Of a stretch of DNA of 42,888 nucleotides, positions 1 through 13,149 are shown piece by piece. The DNA lies in the NCBI RefSeq assembly GCF_001194135.2, contig NC_068981.1, positions 67,851,003-67,893,890 of the forward strand, read 5' to 3'. Position 1 is the stretch's first letter. Every line of letters begins with the position of its first letter. The notes beneath the pieces were generated by a model. The model had not been told where the DNA came from. It searched no databases and saw nothing but the letters and a program-made list of their open reading frames with translations. Source of the DNA: Octopus bimaculoides. Taxonomy: Eukaryota. The position numbers were made by a program, and so were the translations under genes.

Positions 1-515
1 TATACACACACATATATACACACGCTCATGTATGTATACTCTGTGTCTGGGCTATATGTACATGCATGTTGGTTGTTGGTTGTTGGGTATATGTTCGTAT
101 GTTTCTTTGATACATTCACAGGTTTACTCGTGTGTATGTATGTATATATATGTGTGTGTGTGTGTATATACTCATTTGAAATTAATAGCTAAGAAAACGG
201 TAAGGTGAATATGATTTATACAAAATCGAATTCGTTTTTTCATATGAATTTAAATCTTTATACTATGAGGAAGATAGATTTCATGTAATATTGGTTATAT
301 TGGATATTGCATTGAATTCAGTGTATTTGATTGAAAGTGAACATTGAACATACATGCCTTGAAGGTACAAATGCGAATAGAAGCTCGGCAAAACAAATGT
401 CGTAGGCAAATTCATATTTTCATGAGAGAGAGAAGATATAAAATGATTTAGAATGTCATTCAGAATTTATTATTATAATAAATTGTTATGTGATAAGAAT
501 AGTTATACATACACA

Positions 516-547
<32 letters not shown>

Positions 548-3500
548 NNNNNNNNNNNNNNNNNNNNNNNNNNNNNNNNNNNNNNNNNNNNNNNNNNNNN
601 NNNNNNNNNNNNNNNNNNNNNNNNNNNNNNNNNNNNNNNNNNNNNNNNNNNNNNNNNNNNNNNNNNNNNNNNNNNNNNNNNNNNNNNNNNNNNNNNNNNN
701 NNNNNNNNNNNNNNNNNNNNNNNNNNNNNNNNNNNNNNNNNNNNNNNNNNNNNNNNNNNNNNNNNNNNNNNNNNNNNNNNNNNNNNNNNNNNNNNNNNNN
801 NNNNNNNNNNNNNNNNNNNNNNNNNNNNNNNNNNNNNNNNNNNNNNNNNNNNNNNNNNNNNNNNNNNNNNNNNNNNNNNNNNNNNNNNNNNNNNNNNNNN
901 NNNNNNNNNNNNNNNNNNNNNNNNNNNNNNNNNNNNNNNNNNNNNNNNNNNNNNNNNNNNNNNNNNNNNNNNNNNNNNNNNNNNNNNNNNNNNNNNNNNN
1001 AAAGCAAATATGAAGCTACTTTTTTACATCATAGTTGTCTGGATCTAGCAGATATAAATGCAAAAACATTTTTCAATAGAGTATCTAGAAGTACATTATA
1101 TGATATTCATTTCACTTTTTAAACAGTTCGACCATTTGGTTTTTATTTCTAGATGTTTGATTGTATATAGTTCTTTACCACCTTGTATGTACAGATATGA
1201 GGTGTAACTGTCAACAAGTGAAGAAGACGAAAGGTAAACGTAAAGTACAATAAATATAACTAGCACACAAATCAGATCAAGGAAAGATTCTAAGACGTTA
1301 TTGATAGCCGGATAAAATTTGAGAAAGAATTATCAATGATAATGTCATTCTATGTATGTGGTACGATTGCATAGTTAACAGTGCATTGAATTTGACAGGC
1401 ATAACATTACGACAGTACGTAATTCAAATGTTTATTAAACAATAGAATGCCATACTTTTCTTTATTTACTGGCTGGTACTTCACTGATCACTGTAATTCG
1501 ATATTTTTTATATGATAGGCACAATTATTACACTCTTTGAGGCTTTAATTATATAAACAGTTACACTCTATACTTCTATATTTTATACACCCCGCTTCGA
1601 ATTGCTTCGTGCATTAAGTTCCGACGGAGATAGTATCCATATAGTTCCATGAAGTTTCCACGTATTTTATTATTTTAAATGATATTTATATGTAGCTTGC
1701 TAATCCTGACATTCAGTCATATGATGCTGCAAGAACAGTTGTAATAATATGTATTGTGCTACATTTGGTAACTAAAATACTGAAAATTTAATTCTTAGAA
1801 AATCTATATAATCAATAAAAGAAGATAGAATGTTAGCTCAATTATCCCGAACAGTTCGCTATCAAGTGATTAATAAATCCAATATGAAAATGTTAGCAGA
1901 GGAGAAATATATTGCTTTACCGCTCTGAAGTTTTTGTTTTGAGAGGAACATCAATGCAGATGTACATTATAGAAATTGAAACATGTTGTGAATGCAATTA
2001 CTTAAGAAAACAAGGGAACATATGTTAAAAATGTTTTCCATTTTCAGAAATTGACTTGTTTAACTGCAAGAATACATCCACCGCCACACATTATTTTAAG
2101 GGAAATGAATTATAAATCTTAATTACAGTCTCTTGAACATTATAATGTATTTTGTATTAATAGCTATCTCTCTCTCNNNNNNNNNNNNNNNNNNNNNNNN
2201 NNNNNNNNNNNNNNNNNNNNNNNNNNNNNNNNNNNNNNNNNNNNNNNNNNNNNNNNNNNNNNNNNNNNNNNNNNNNNNNNNNNTATATATATATATATAT
2301 ATTTGTATGTATGTATAACTTGATTGAAAATATGAAACGTATAAACAGGCGCAGCGATAATAGTTTACAAATAGATATAATTATGCTATACATATTTTGG
2401 GTTAACATATGACGCACGTGCAATTATTAAATCCTTTTTACTTTAATGACGGTAATGATTGCTCCTAACAGAAGTAGAGAAATATAGATTTCTGACATTT
2501 TAAAAATAATATTGATTTCTAATAGATGCAAAGAAATCTTTAAACAACACATTACTAGAATAACAGTAAAATCAACAGCTACAGCTAACGGAAATATAAC
2601 ATATGCTGTAAACAGGAAAAAATTAAAACACGATAGAAAATTGTAGCTAATCACACTCTAAAAAAATACATTGAAAGATATTTGAACTAATGGATTTCCT
2701 TTATGCTTCTTGTTATTAAACCTATAGTTGTACCTGGATTCCGCCTATAATCTATAGTTTTAAGCAATTCGTATCAAATCACCCTTTTAATATATTTCTT
2801 CCTGGTATTGAAATGCAATTTTTCACTTTTGGTTTGTTATTTGTTAGACTAGATTTTGGGTTACGATATGTCTCGTAACCAAATTCATGCAAACAATTTC
2901 AGCGTGGTGCATGTGTACTAAGTGTAATGTTGTTGCAACAAATATACACATGAGTGTCTGCATCAATTGTAAAATTGAATTTGGTTTCTTAATAAAATCT
3001 GACATCTCAGTGTATTGTTTTAGCTTCCTTTGTCTTTCTCAAATAAGAACGTACAATCTGTAGAACGTCTAGCAAAACATTAGTTATTTGAGTCCGTTTA
3101 CTTTCTAGGTTAAACCTCTGACGGTGATGTCTTTCCTTGTCATCTTTTGTACCTCGATAAAATAAGTAGCAATAATATACTGGTGAATAATCTACTCACT
3201 CGACACCTTTCCTATATATTTAAGACTTTCTACCCACCAACTTATTCATCTTACAACCATGATAAAAGGTTTCTTTTCTCATATTTACAAGTTTTCTTGT
3301 ATTTAACATATTTCACACTATTTATCAACAAATTTATTAATGTTATCAGCTTTTGCTATTTTATTGCTTTAGAGAATATAAAGGAAAATATAGCGATAAA
3401 AATTATTTTCAACAACTAGAACTGTCAACCGTTTGAAAGTGTTATCATGTTTTGAGCATTTAAAATTGTAATTATTCATTATTCCTTCTTATTTTGAGAG

Positions 3501-3989
3501 ACATAAACAGAAGTAAAGATGTACATTTGAACAATTTAATAAAAAAAAAAGGCAAACCACCTCTAGTTACCAACCACGCACTGACTAAACTACTTACAAA
3601 TTATACTCTATTTGTATTCGTATATAAATGAAACAACACACAAAAAGAAAAAATGCAAGTTAAATATATGCCTAAGAAGTGTTAGCTACAATTTGGCAAA
3701 GCTTAGCTGAGTTAAGCAGTCTGCCGAAGAATTTGACACACATTCGGAGAAATGATTAGTACGTTCCGGACAAGATTTCTATTACACAATAATGTTCATC
3801 CTCCATTGTAGACAATGACGAAGGACATCACACGGCAGAAGAAGGTGGGTCACGGTGCATCCGCCTGTGGTTGGTAAGGCCGATGCTATCTCAAAAGTTC
3901 CTGCCGCAGGTCGTGCACTGGTGGTCTACTGGGAATGAAGGCAAGAGATACACTGACAGCCGGATTTAGCCAAACGAGCGTGCGTTTGA

Positions 3990-4047
3990 GTAGTCAGTAC
4001 TGACGAGCCTACGACTGTAAGGTGAAACTAATGTGTAGTGATTCTAG
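3990..4047 (+). ncRNA. Degenerate type I hammerhead ribozyme motif
   Basis: CTGACGA 4000-4006. Stem II GCCTAC-gact-GT(a)AGGT (4007-4023). GAAA 4024-4027. Stem III ACTA-atgtg-TAGT. The triplet is GUG (non-cleavable) and stem I pairs poorly. Confidence 0.65.
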
Positions 4048-4619
4048 AGACCCTCATGAGGTGGTTATCTCCCTTGTCAGTGTCTATATATTGCACGCTA
4101 ATTGCAGCATTAAGAGGTTTTAATTCTAATTTCCTGCAATATAGGTGCTTCGGTACACTCAGTCACAATTAGTGATTCAGGGTACTGAAATGTATATATA
4201 CAAATGCATTTATATGTGTATGCACACACACACACACACACACACACGCTCAAACTCACACACCATACACACACCTGAAACCTTTATGCAAACACGCTTG
4301 CACACACTTGACACACACACTACATACTACACACACGCAGACATACATACACGCACATACGACTGGCTCGCAGTAGTCTCCTCACGCCTGAGTGGCCTTC
4401 TTTACTAATTCCAACCGTTTGAGCATATCGTGACTATGCATTAGACGAACTTATGTTCTCATGTTCCTACTACAGTCCCTAGTAGGTATAAAAGAGAACT
4501 TCAGGAACAATAAAGTCTATTGGCGTAGACGGTTGTAGATTTTTCCTACATCGAAGTTTGATAAGCTCAACGATTTTATAGTTCAAATTTAGCATGTAGG
4601 GTTGCTATGAATGGCAATA

Positions 4620-4920
4620 AAAATCCCAGCTGAGGGAATGAAGCAGGTGAAATCTAGGCTACATATGTTTCCTAGCTAACAGAATCTCGGACCTAATAAT
4701 TGCTCAAAGAGGGGAACTTCACTAGCTACACATCAGGCCGAACTTAGTTTTAAGTCAAATCTTCTGCTAGTTAACTCAGGATCTCTTGACGACAATGTAA
4801 CCCAATGAGTAGCTGGCCGAGTAACCCTCGTAGAGTAATTTTTACTTCTGAGGTTCTGCTAGCTAGGAAATATATGTAGATCGCATTTTACCTACTCTAT
4901 TCCCTCAAATTCGGTTTTAC
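4620..4920. repeat. Imperfect ~300-bp inverted repeat (foldback)
   Basis: 4660-4691 versus the reverse complement of 4847-4878 match at 28/32, all four differences being transitions. Similarity extends outward (ATTCCCTCA / TGAGGGAAT) and inward (~4700-4735 with ~4805-4840). Confidence 0.85.
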
Positions 4921-4933
4921 ATATGTGTGTTTT

Positions 4934-4976
<43 letters not shown>

Positions 4977-5063
4977 TTGTGTACATACATACACACATAC
5001 ATACATACATACATATGAATACATTCATATGTTTACATGTATACATTTGCTTAGTGCTGCCTA

Positions 5064-5095
<32 letters not shown>

Positions 5096-5096
5096 A

Positions 5097-6405
5097 CGAG
5101 GTATGATCAGTACGTATCCGGTCTGGTGCTATAAAAACAACACCTACCAATTTGGTATTTAATCTCCTTCAACGTCGTCCCTTTCGGAAGCCACGAACTT
5201 AATGCAATGCTGTTTCCACTGATGGAAGAATTCTTGGAGTTCGATTTCTGGGATAATCAGGAGCTACCTCATCGCATTCACTTCGATTTCCTCGATATCC
5301 TGAAAACTTCTTCCTTTCAAGAGGGATTTGATTTTTGGAAAGACGAAAATGTCGCAAGGAGCGACATCTGGGGACAACAATGGCTGTCCGACCTGGGCAA
5401 TGCTGTGTTTAGCCAAACACTGCTGCAGAAGCTGCGCTGAATGAGCAGGTGCGTTGTCATGGTGCAATTGCCACTCACCGAACGCTTGCAATTCTGGCCT
5501 TTTCCAACGAATACCGTCCCGCAAACGCCGCAAAACATTATGGTAGTACTGCATCTTTACTGTCTGACCAGGTGAAGTACACTTATGATGAACAATCCTC
5601 TTGTAGTCGAAGAAAGTGGTCAACAGCGTCTTCACATTGCTTCGACTCATTCGTGCTTTCTTCGGTCTCGGAGAAGTTGGGCTCTTCCACTGCGAAAACC
5701 GAGGCTTTGTTTCAGGGTCATAGCCATAGAACTGCGATTCATCACCCGTTATGTCCGTTTACAAAATGTTTTCATCGTTTTCGACAAAATCAAGGAGATT
5801 TTGTGCTATGAAACCCAAGTGTCTTCTTGTTCAGTTGAAAGCAGCTTTGGCACAAACTTGGAAGACACGCATCTCGCACTCAAATCTTCAGTAAGAATGG
5901 ACTGAACTGAACCATAACTAATCTGCACATTCTCTGATAACTCACAGATGATGATTCGACGATTCCCCCTCACAGCTGCAGGGACATCTGCGATGTTTTT
6001 CTCAGTTCTGCTGGTTGCAGGTTTTCCAGAACCTTCATTAATATCGACATTTTTTCGGATGTCTTGGAAACGTCTGAACCACTTGTACACTTGTATGTGG
6101 CTCATACACTCCTTTCTATACACTTTCTGCAACATCGCGTAGGCTTCTGAGTAGGTATCACCAGGCTTTTGACAAAATTTGTTGCAGATTCTCTGTTCAA
6201 CTTCCTCTGTCTGGTCAATGCGACGAGCATACGCTATACACGTTCCTTCCAAGCGCTGTTGTAAACGGCGGAAGTGAATTAGAACGATAAAACGTAGTGG
6301 ACATGCATAGTAGACTTCAATGTCACTCTCTGCCAGGCGGCTTCACTCTGCATGCTGCAGTTTTGTTACTGTGACAACAATACGGATACTTATATTCATT
6401 TATAT
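5097..6405 (-). mobile_element. Near full-length decayed mariner (Tc1/mariner, DD34D) transposon with frameshifted transposase
   Basis: ORF 5806-6252 gives the mariner HTH (EQRICNKFCQK...QVYKWFRRF...SGKP...FVPKLL). Minus-strand ITGDESQFYGYDPE lies at ~5712-5755. ORF 5264-5650 has HDNAPAH...SPDVAPCD with 34 residues between the two Asp. The left TIR starts TA|CGAGGTATGATCAG at 5097, inside a (TA)n tract. A degenerate right TIR (TTGTT...CGGATAC.TA...TCAT) lies at ~6363-6405. Confidence 0.92.
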
Positions 6406-7176
6406 ACATACGCGCACACACACTCACACACACACTATGACACAAAATCAGTCAAAGCATAGCAATAAATGTTCCTGACTTATGATCTGTATGCCATTAG
6501 TTGCAATACTCAAATCAGCATCGCGTCATGTCATGAATCAAGAATTTTTTTAGCATTAGTCTCTTTCCATTATGCTGTAATACATAACAGGATGGTTGTA
6601 GTAAAGTCGTTCACTACTCCAACATTAAAATCTTGAATGCTATTCTGGATAAAATGAGGTGGAACGGGTGAGTATCTATGTCTCTTCGTGAATATATACA
6701 CACTTAAAGCAAATAGCAGAAGTGTATGCAAACTATACTTGCTTATTAGTTCATTACTTATGAAAAAATTCTTGAAAGTTCATGGTCAGGTTTGGGCAGG
6801 ACCTTGCACTGTTGAAGCACGTTTCTGCATCTACCATTTTCGGTATTTCCTACTCCTGAAAGATGACATCCTTGCACCACTCAAGCATTAACCCTTCAAT
6901 TCAACGTTATTGCTGCTGTTATGGATTATAATATGATGGATTGCAAATCCTACTTCAACCTCTTTGAGTTATCTTTTACGACACGTTTCGTTTGTCTGCA
7001 TTCAGTTTTTGGCATACTGAGTGCTCACAAACACACTCTTTCAAACACACGCACTTGTGCACGCGCTCAAACACGCACACACGCTCACGTATGCATGTAT
7101 ATGCATTTGAACTTATCTATTATCTCTTACATATGCACTTATCTATTATCGTGTTATCTATTACAGCATATGCAAA

Positions 7177-7384
7177 GGCGGCGAGCTGGCAGAAACGTTA
7201 GCTCGGGCGAAATGCTTAGCGGTATTTCGTCTGTCTTTACGTTCTGAGTTCAACTCCGCCGAGGTCGACTTTGCCTTTCATCCTTTCGGGGTCGATAAAT
7301 TACGTACCAGTTGCGTACCGGAGTAGATATAATCGACTGGTCCCCTCCCCAAAATTTTCAGGCCTGGTGCCTTGAGTAGAAAAG
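7177..7384 (+). mobile_element. tRNA-derived SINE, full-length copy (Octopus-type, family A in this report)
   Basis: GGCGGCGAGCTGGCAGAAACGTTAG head, pol III B-box-like GAGTTCAACTCC at ~7246, and a body GTCGACTTTGCCTTTCATCCTTTCGGGGTCGATAAA. Three other copies occur in the window. Confidence 0.85.
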
Positions 7385-7874
7385 CATATGCACTTATATA
7401 CATTCATTCATATCAATATGTCATTCTTTTCTGTGTATGTCTTTCAGTAAGTATGCCTGCCTGTCTCTGTATGTAAGTGTTTATGTATGTTTGATATATA
7501 TGTCTGTACTTATACATGAATAGGATTTCAACGAATTGCAGTGTATCCGAAAGACACAACTGTAAGTGCATCCATGAACCATGACCTTAGAATGATAAGT
7601 ATTATAATTTTATAAATTTGCATTATAGAAAAGGAATTCGAATCTTTACATTTGATTCGTTAGTATTTGAATTTTAAATTTATGGAACCCTTACAATAAT
7701 GTATAATCTGAAAGATTCCTTCGGACGCAAAGTATAGAACGCCGAACTATTTTTCAGCTTCAATAGCTAGGCATAATTAGGTTCTGCTCTTGAAAAGTTA
7801 CCCACACAAGACCAACAGACAGACATAAATTATATGTATATATTTGTTTGTCTTTACGTATGTGTATGTAGTAT

Positions 7875-8056
7875 TTGCCCACTACCAATGCTGCACAACA
7901 GATTTTCGTTTGTGTACTTCCCCGTGACTTAGCGGTCTGGCATAAAACGATAGAATAAATACCAGATTTAAGAAAGTCAATAGTAGAGGCGACGTGTTCG
8001 ACTAAGCCCTTCACGGATTTACACCAGCATGGCCAGGGGCCAATGACTAAAAGAAC
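7875..8056 (+). mobile_element. SINE body/3' fragment (family B) followed by (GT)n
   Basis: CCCCGTGACTTAGCGGT...CGATAGAATAAATACCAG...CCAGCATGGCCA...ATGACTAAA resembles an octopus SINE as I recall it. A similar segment is seen at 22280-22430. Confidence 0.6.
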
Positions 8057-8079
8057 TTGTGTGTAGATGTATGTATGTG

Positions 8080-8083
<4 letters not shown>

Positions 8084-8143
<60 letters not shown>

Positions 8144-8180
8144 TGTGTGCGTGTGCGTGTGCGTGTGCGTGTGCGTGCGT
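8084..8180. repeat. (GT)n/(GCGT)n microsatellite
   Basis: Directly visible. Confidence 0.95.
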
Positions 8181-9024
8181 ATGTGCTTAAAAACTGGTGT
8201 TTGAGCTCCCATAGAATTCACTGAAAACATTATATTTATCGAATTTATTTACAAAGTTGTAGTTCATAGAGGCCATATTTTATTTGCATTCTGGCAGAAA
8301 TACTTAGTGACTCCAGTCGAACAATTTTTAATCTCAAACATTCCCACTAAAACGGCTGTTTATATATAGAATGTTATTGTAAGTTGCAGCAGCACGAAAA
8401 TTTGTAAAATCCTGGCAGCTAAGCTAAACTTTTCATTCAATCTGATGTTATATTGATATACTCGATTGCTATTCTTATATCTGTTTAATTATGTTCAACA
8501 AACGTTTTTCTTGAGTTTACGAAATAATTGTGTTCTCTTGTCTTCTTTATCGGATGCTGGACACAAATTGAAATCTCTTATTCAAACAAAATCACTCAAT
8601 GAATACAGTTCCTTTCTTAACGGCACTTATTTTTGGAATAGATTCAATTCTAAGAACAAATATACGAGAAGATTGCTAGCGACTCCATTAAAAATACTGC
8701 CTCTGCTTCTATGTGTTATTTGATTTGAGTTTCTGACGTTCATTTATAAACTTTACAAACTCACAATAAAGATTAGTACAAATTGTAAATCTTCCATTAT
8801 GGACGGCGCTGACAGAACATTCTACACGAAGTGGAATACAATTAAAGATAAAAATAAAAAAAAACAACAAACAAACAAAACAAAGCGAAACAGAAAAAGA
8901 AATATCAGCTACATCCCACAGCGCGATTGCGTGAGTACATATAACATTTTCTCGATCATCTCCCTTTGAAAATACTTCTTTATAGACTATGAAAAGCAAA
9001 AAACGAAATACACGAGATCAGTTC

Positions 9025-9173
<149 letters not shown>

Positions 9174-12100
9174 AAGGTATGTGTGTGTGTCTGTATGTGT
9201 ATAAATGTTTATGCGTACATTACGTACGCATAAGCACACACACACACACACATACATACACATGATACTTTCTATCGACTATAAAGCCAATTACATTCAC
9301 GAAATTCCTATTTTCTAAACCTTCAACAAAATAACTTTTTATTTAACTTCTTTCGCAGTTACAGTGACGAAAAGACGACACACAAATTGTTAATAACTAA
9401 AAGTTAATTGAGAAAAATAATAAGAGAATGTTACTTGCGAATGAAAAAGATGGCAGTGTATTAACGTTAACGAGGGTTACCTTTTAGTCTATTTTGCAAC
9501 AGTTTGGAAAACCCTTTTGAGGGGTTGCCAGCGCTTGATATGACGTAGAAAAACAACGAATCATATACAATTGTACTCGAAGTTATTGTGTGATTCCTCT
9601 GCTACAAGTCATGTTAGAATTACACACTTGCCTTCAGAGCACACCTGATGTGGACTATGACGAGATAACAAAGTTAGAAAAAAGACCCGATGTATAACAT
9701 GTACAGATGATGAATGAAATGAAGCAGGGTAACGACCCACCAGTCTTCCACTGGGTAATTGCCAAAGCAAGTTCCCACTACTTGTCTGTTACAGATTGCA
9801 GCCGAATCTTCATTAACTTATATCCTTTTCAATTATCTATTGATAATTTAGCCCGCGTGTCCCCTACATATATGGGGCGGCAACTGCAATGCCTACTCAA
9901 ACACGATTAATTTGTGCTTTGCAAGTATATATATATGTGTATTTGTACACTTGTAGTTGTCCTCATATATACATTATAGCAAAGTACTTCGAGTCTTTGA
10001 AAGATGCTTGACTATACAAAAGTTCTTTTTTTTATTTCTACAGGTTCCTAAAGAGTTGCGAGCAGTTTGTTACAATGATATGATGAAAAAGGGCATGCAT
10101 GTAATATACGTTTCTGAAGTATGATTGAAAAATAAAGAAAAAGAGGATAAAACGTCTGAAGACAAAAATCACGGGACCCCCAAGCGATTCATGTATAGCA
10201 AAATGTGAACTTTTACAGTAGCAAACGTAGTTTCTTTGATGCGAAATGTACTTGATACACTTATCATGGGCCAGCATGCATATATATTCATGTACGTATG
10301 CATATCTACATGCATGCAAATTACAAATTTAGGAAAGATAACGGAAGAAAGTGTAAAAATTATTGAATTCTCTGTTTTTTTCCTGAGTCATTATACTATA
10401 TGTTGAAACTTATCTAGATTAAGTAAGTCTTTAGCAGCCATGCTGAAATATTGAATAGACATAGATTCCATTAAGCCCAAAATTGACATTTCAGCTGGCT
10501 GTAGACCATGTATGTTTATTAAACATGGAATTGTAATTTCGTTTACGAACTGAATGTCGGCAACACTGTGCTGATATTCACTTGCATCGTCAACTTTACA
10601 TTAATATTTAGATCTGATCAGTAAGCAAACTCAGACGAGATGTTAAAAGTTAACGCAACTGAATCTAATTTTCCTAGGGTGGCTTTGTTCCCAACGAGAC
10701 TAACTATGTGTTTACTAGACGTACTATTGGAACTGTGTTCAGAAATAATAAAAAAAAAGTTGAGGTGATGCGCCATTGAATGTGTGTGTCTTTTTGTATT
10801 TGTGTATAATATACACAAAGAAAGAAAACGGGTAGACAGTATACTATATACAGAATTATGAAAACAGAAAAAAACATTTTTCACTGAATAACATTGCCTT
10901 GGTTTACATTATTTACATGCTTAGGTTTTTATCTCAAAATTTCATTTTGTTAATAGCCATAACATGTGCTTAGATGAATATTTAAGATACTAGAAGTGAG
11001 ACTGTTGCTGGGCAATAAGAAACCACCTGGAATTTGACTCACCACTAACGACCGGTATCACCTGGTCTTTGATCATGTGCACCTGTGTGTGTGAGTGAGT
11101 GCGTGTGTGTGTGTGTGTGCGTGTGTGTGTGTGTGTGTGTGTAGCACATGTGTAGGCGCGCGCGTATGCGGATATGTGTCAAAGTCACAGTGAACTTAGA
11201 TTTGGTGCTAAAATAATAACAAAAGCAAGAAGTGGAAAAGAATGATAAAATGGAATGACAAAGAAAAATGGAAAAGAAAACGAAAAAGTAGCTTCAGATT
11301 GACAGGAAAAAGAAAGAGATGAAAGAAAGTTAACAATTTGGTGAGTGAAAACAGAGAACTTTACCAAAGAATCGACTGAGAGAAAAGAATCATAAAGAAC
11401 ATGTAAGATCAAAGTTTAATAGAAATTAGTAAATGGAAAAGAATGAAATGCCATAAAAATGAAGAGAAGCAGATGGGAGAGAAATGAATGTAAATTAACA
11501 ACAGTGTATAATAAAGTGACTACTACTACTTCAAAGCGTGCATTCCTTGTAAGTCACTTCTATTTTTTGATCGCATTGAAGAGTCAACAAACGGAGAGGA
11601 TTAGGCACTGAGTCAATACTGCTTACTTTGTTGATTGGTTTATGAAAAGTCAGAATATTGCAAGATACTAAAGGCTTATCTGTTAGGATTAGGTCAGAAG
11701 AGGAGAATCGATCGATTTAGTTTTATATTGTACCAGCCAATACAGGTTGAGATATTCACTACAAAGTCAGTCAACTGGAAAAAATTCCAAGAATAAACCT
11801 TTTAGTTCTTTTTTTTTTTTTTGATCAACAAAAGTATTGATATTTTTGGTTTAATAAATGCTTTCTGTTGGCTGTTAAAGAAAGAAGGTACACGGAATTA
11901 AAGCAACCAAGAGATAAAAGATTGCTACAACTTAATATGTATGCATGACGAGAAGTAGTTTGACCTTGCATGTTTCCAAGAACAAACTGCTGTGAAGGAA
12001 TGATGGTAGTTGTGTCTCGTTATTATCTCGGATGGATAGTCAACTAACGTATTTTCTCAACAATTCTCGTCTATAATAAACAAATATGAATAGCATACAA

Positions 12101-12763
12101 TATATTCTTGAATGTGTTCAATTATATATTGGTTTAGTAAATTTCTTCACATAACAAAATCTCAGATTGTGTCTTCATTTCTACTGCTTTGGTTCTGTGC
12201 TAAGCTACATATCTTCAATAATATGACGAGAGGAAAACCCGAGGAGAGCTTTCTAAATAATTCATACACACTGTGCTTTCAAATATGCAATATAATGGAA
12301 CTTGAAGCCTCTATTAACTGAGATTTTCTATCAATTAGTTCACAAAAGTTCTTCGGGTGACGTTTGTAAATTACAAACAGCAAGCAAAGGAGTCAGATAC
12401 AATGAAATCAATTAACTTGAATTTTTTGAATATACAGAAAATGTTGAATGTAAGTCAATATGATCCCTTTAATATGATGGAAACAGAAACATCAGTTATA
12501 TTTATATATTGCGATGTTATTAGACATCATGAGTGAAGCTATTAGTGAATGTTGGAAACTATTTTGAGTATTATCAAACAGCTTATGCTCTCGGAGTCTG
12601 TCATGTATATACACAGTCACACAGTCACCCAGTAGTTAGTAATAATTTTATAGTTAGACAATGTCCGCATCAGAGTCAGAGAAAAGAAAACAGCGAGTGT
12701 GCTAGTGTGTGTAAGTGATTGTGTCTTTGTTTGTATGTTTGTGTGTACATGTATGACCCCCTC

Positions 12764-12815
<52 letters not shown>

Positions 12816-12837
12816 TTTTTTTTCTCTCTCTCTCTCT
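12764..12837. repeat. (CTTT)n/(CT)n microsatellite
   Basis: Directly visible. Confidence 0.95.
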
Positions 12838-13149
12838 ATATATATACACATAGACACCTGTGAAATTTGTAAGTGATAAAACAGTTTTAGATTCTACATT
12901 ACAGTATATAAATAAAGGCGGGTAAACTGGAAACAACGGTTTAACATTTGCCTCTGATTATAGTAATTCCACTTTGAAATCCACTATCAACAGAAAAGAA
13001 GTAACGTTGCTCCTATCTACTGATACATTTTGGGATAGCATATTAATTGCGACATATCAGCCAAGTACCTCCACAGAACTCACGTATGTCACTGATTGAC
13101 AGATTTGATAAATCGTTAATCCATAAATCTCAAATTTCTCTACCTCTAT

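Noticed and set aside
1195-1233. Plus-strand 39-nt AG/GT unit encoding xMRCNCQQVKKTK, vaguely like an sFRP/NTR CxC motif
   Set aside because: Too short, and no compatible downstream NTR exon was found.
1696-1767. Plus-strand 72-nt unit LANPDIQSYDAARTVVIICIVLHL, claudin-like in flavour
   Set aside because: Weak acceptor, phase incompatible with the 1195 unit, and no supporting exons.
4440-4600. TATAAAA plus AATAAA suggesting a solo LTR or promoter
   Set aside because: No TG...CA ends, TSD, PBS or second copy; such motifs are common in AT-rich DNA.
9470-9545. ACGAGGG start and CGCTGG motif resembling a mariner end
   Set aside because: No partner TIR or coherent transposase motifs.
9656-9695. 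TGACGAG-ATAAC-aaa-GTTA-GAAA, a hammerhead-like echo
   Set aside because: The core C is missing, stem II is not closed, and there is no stem III or NUH.
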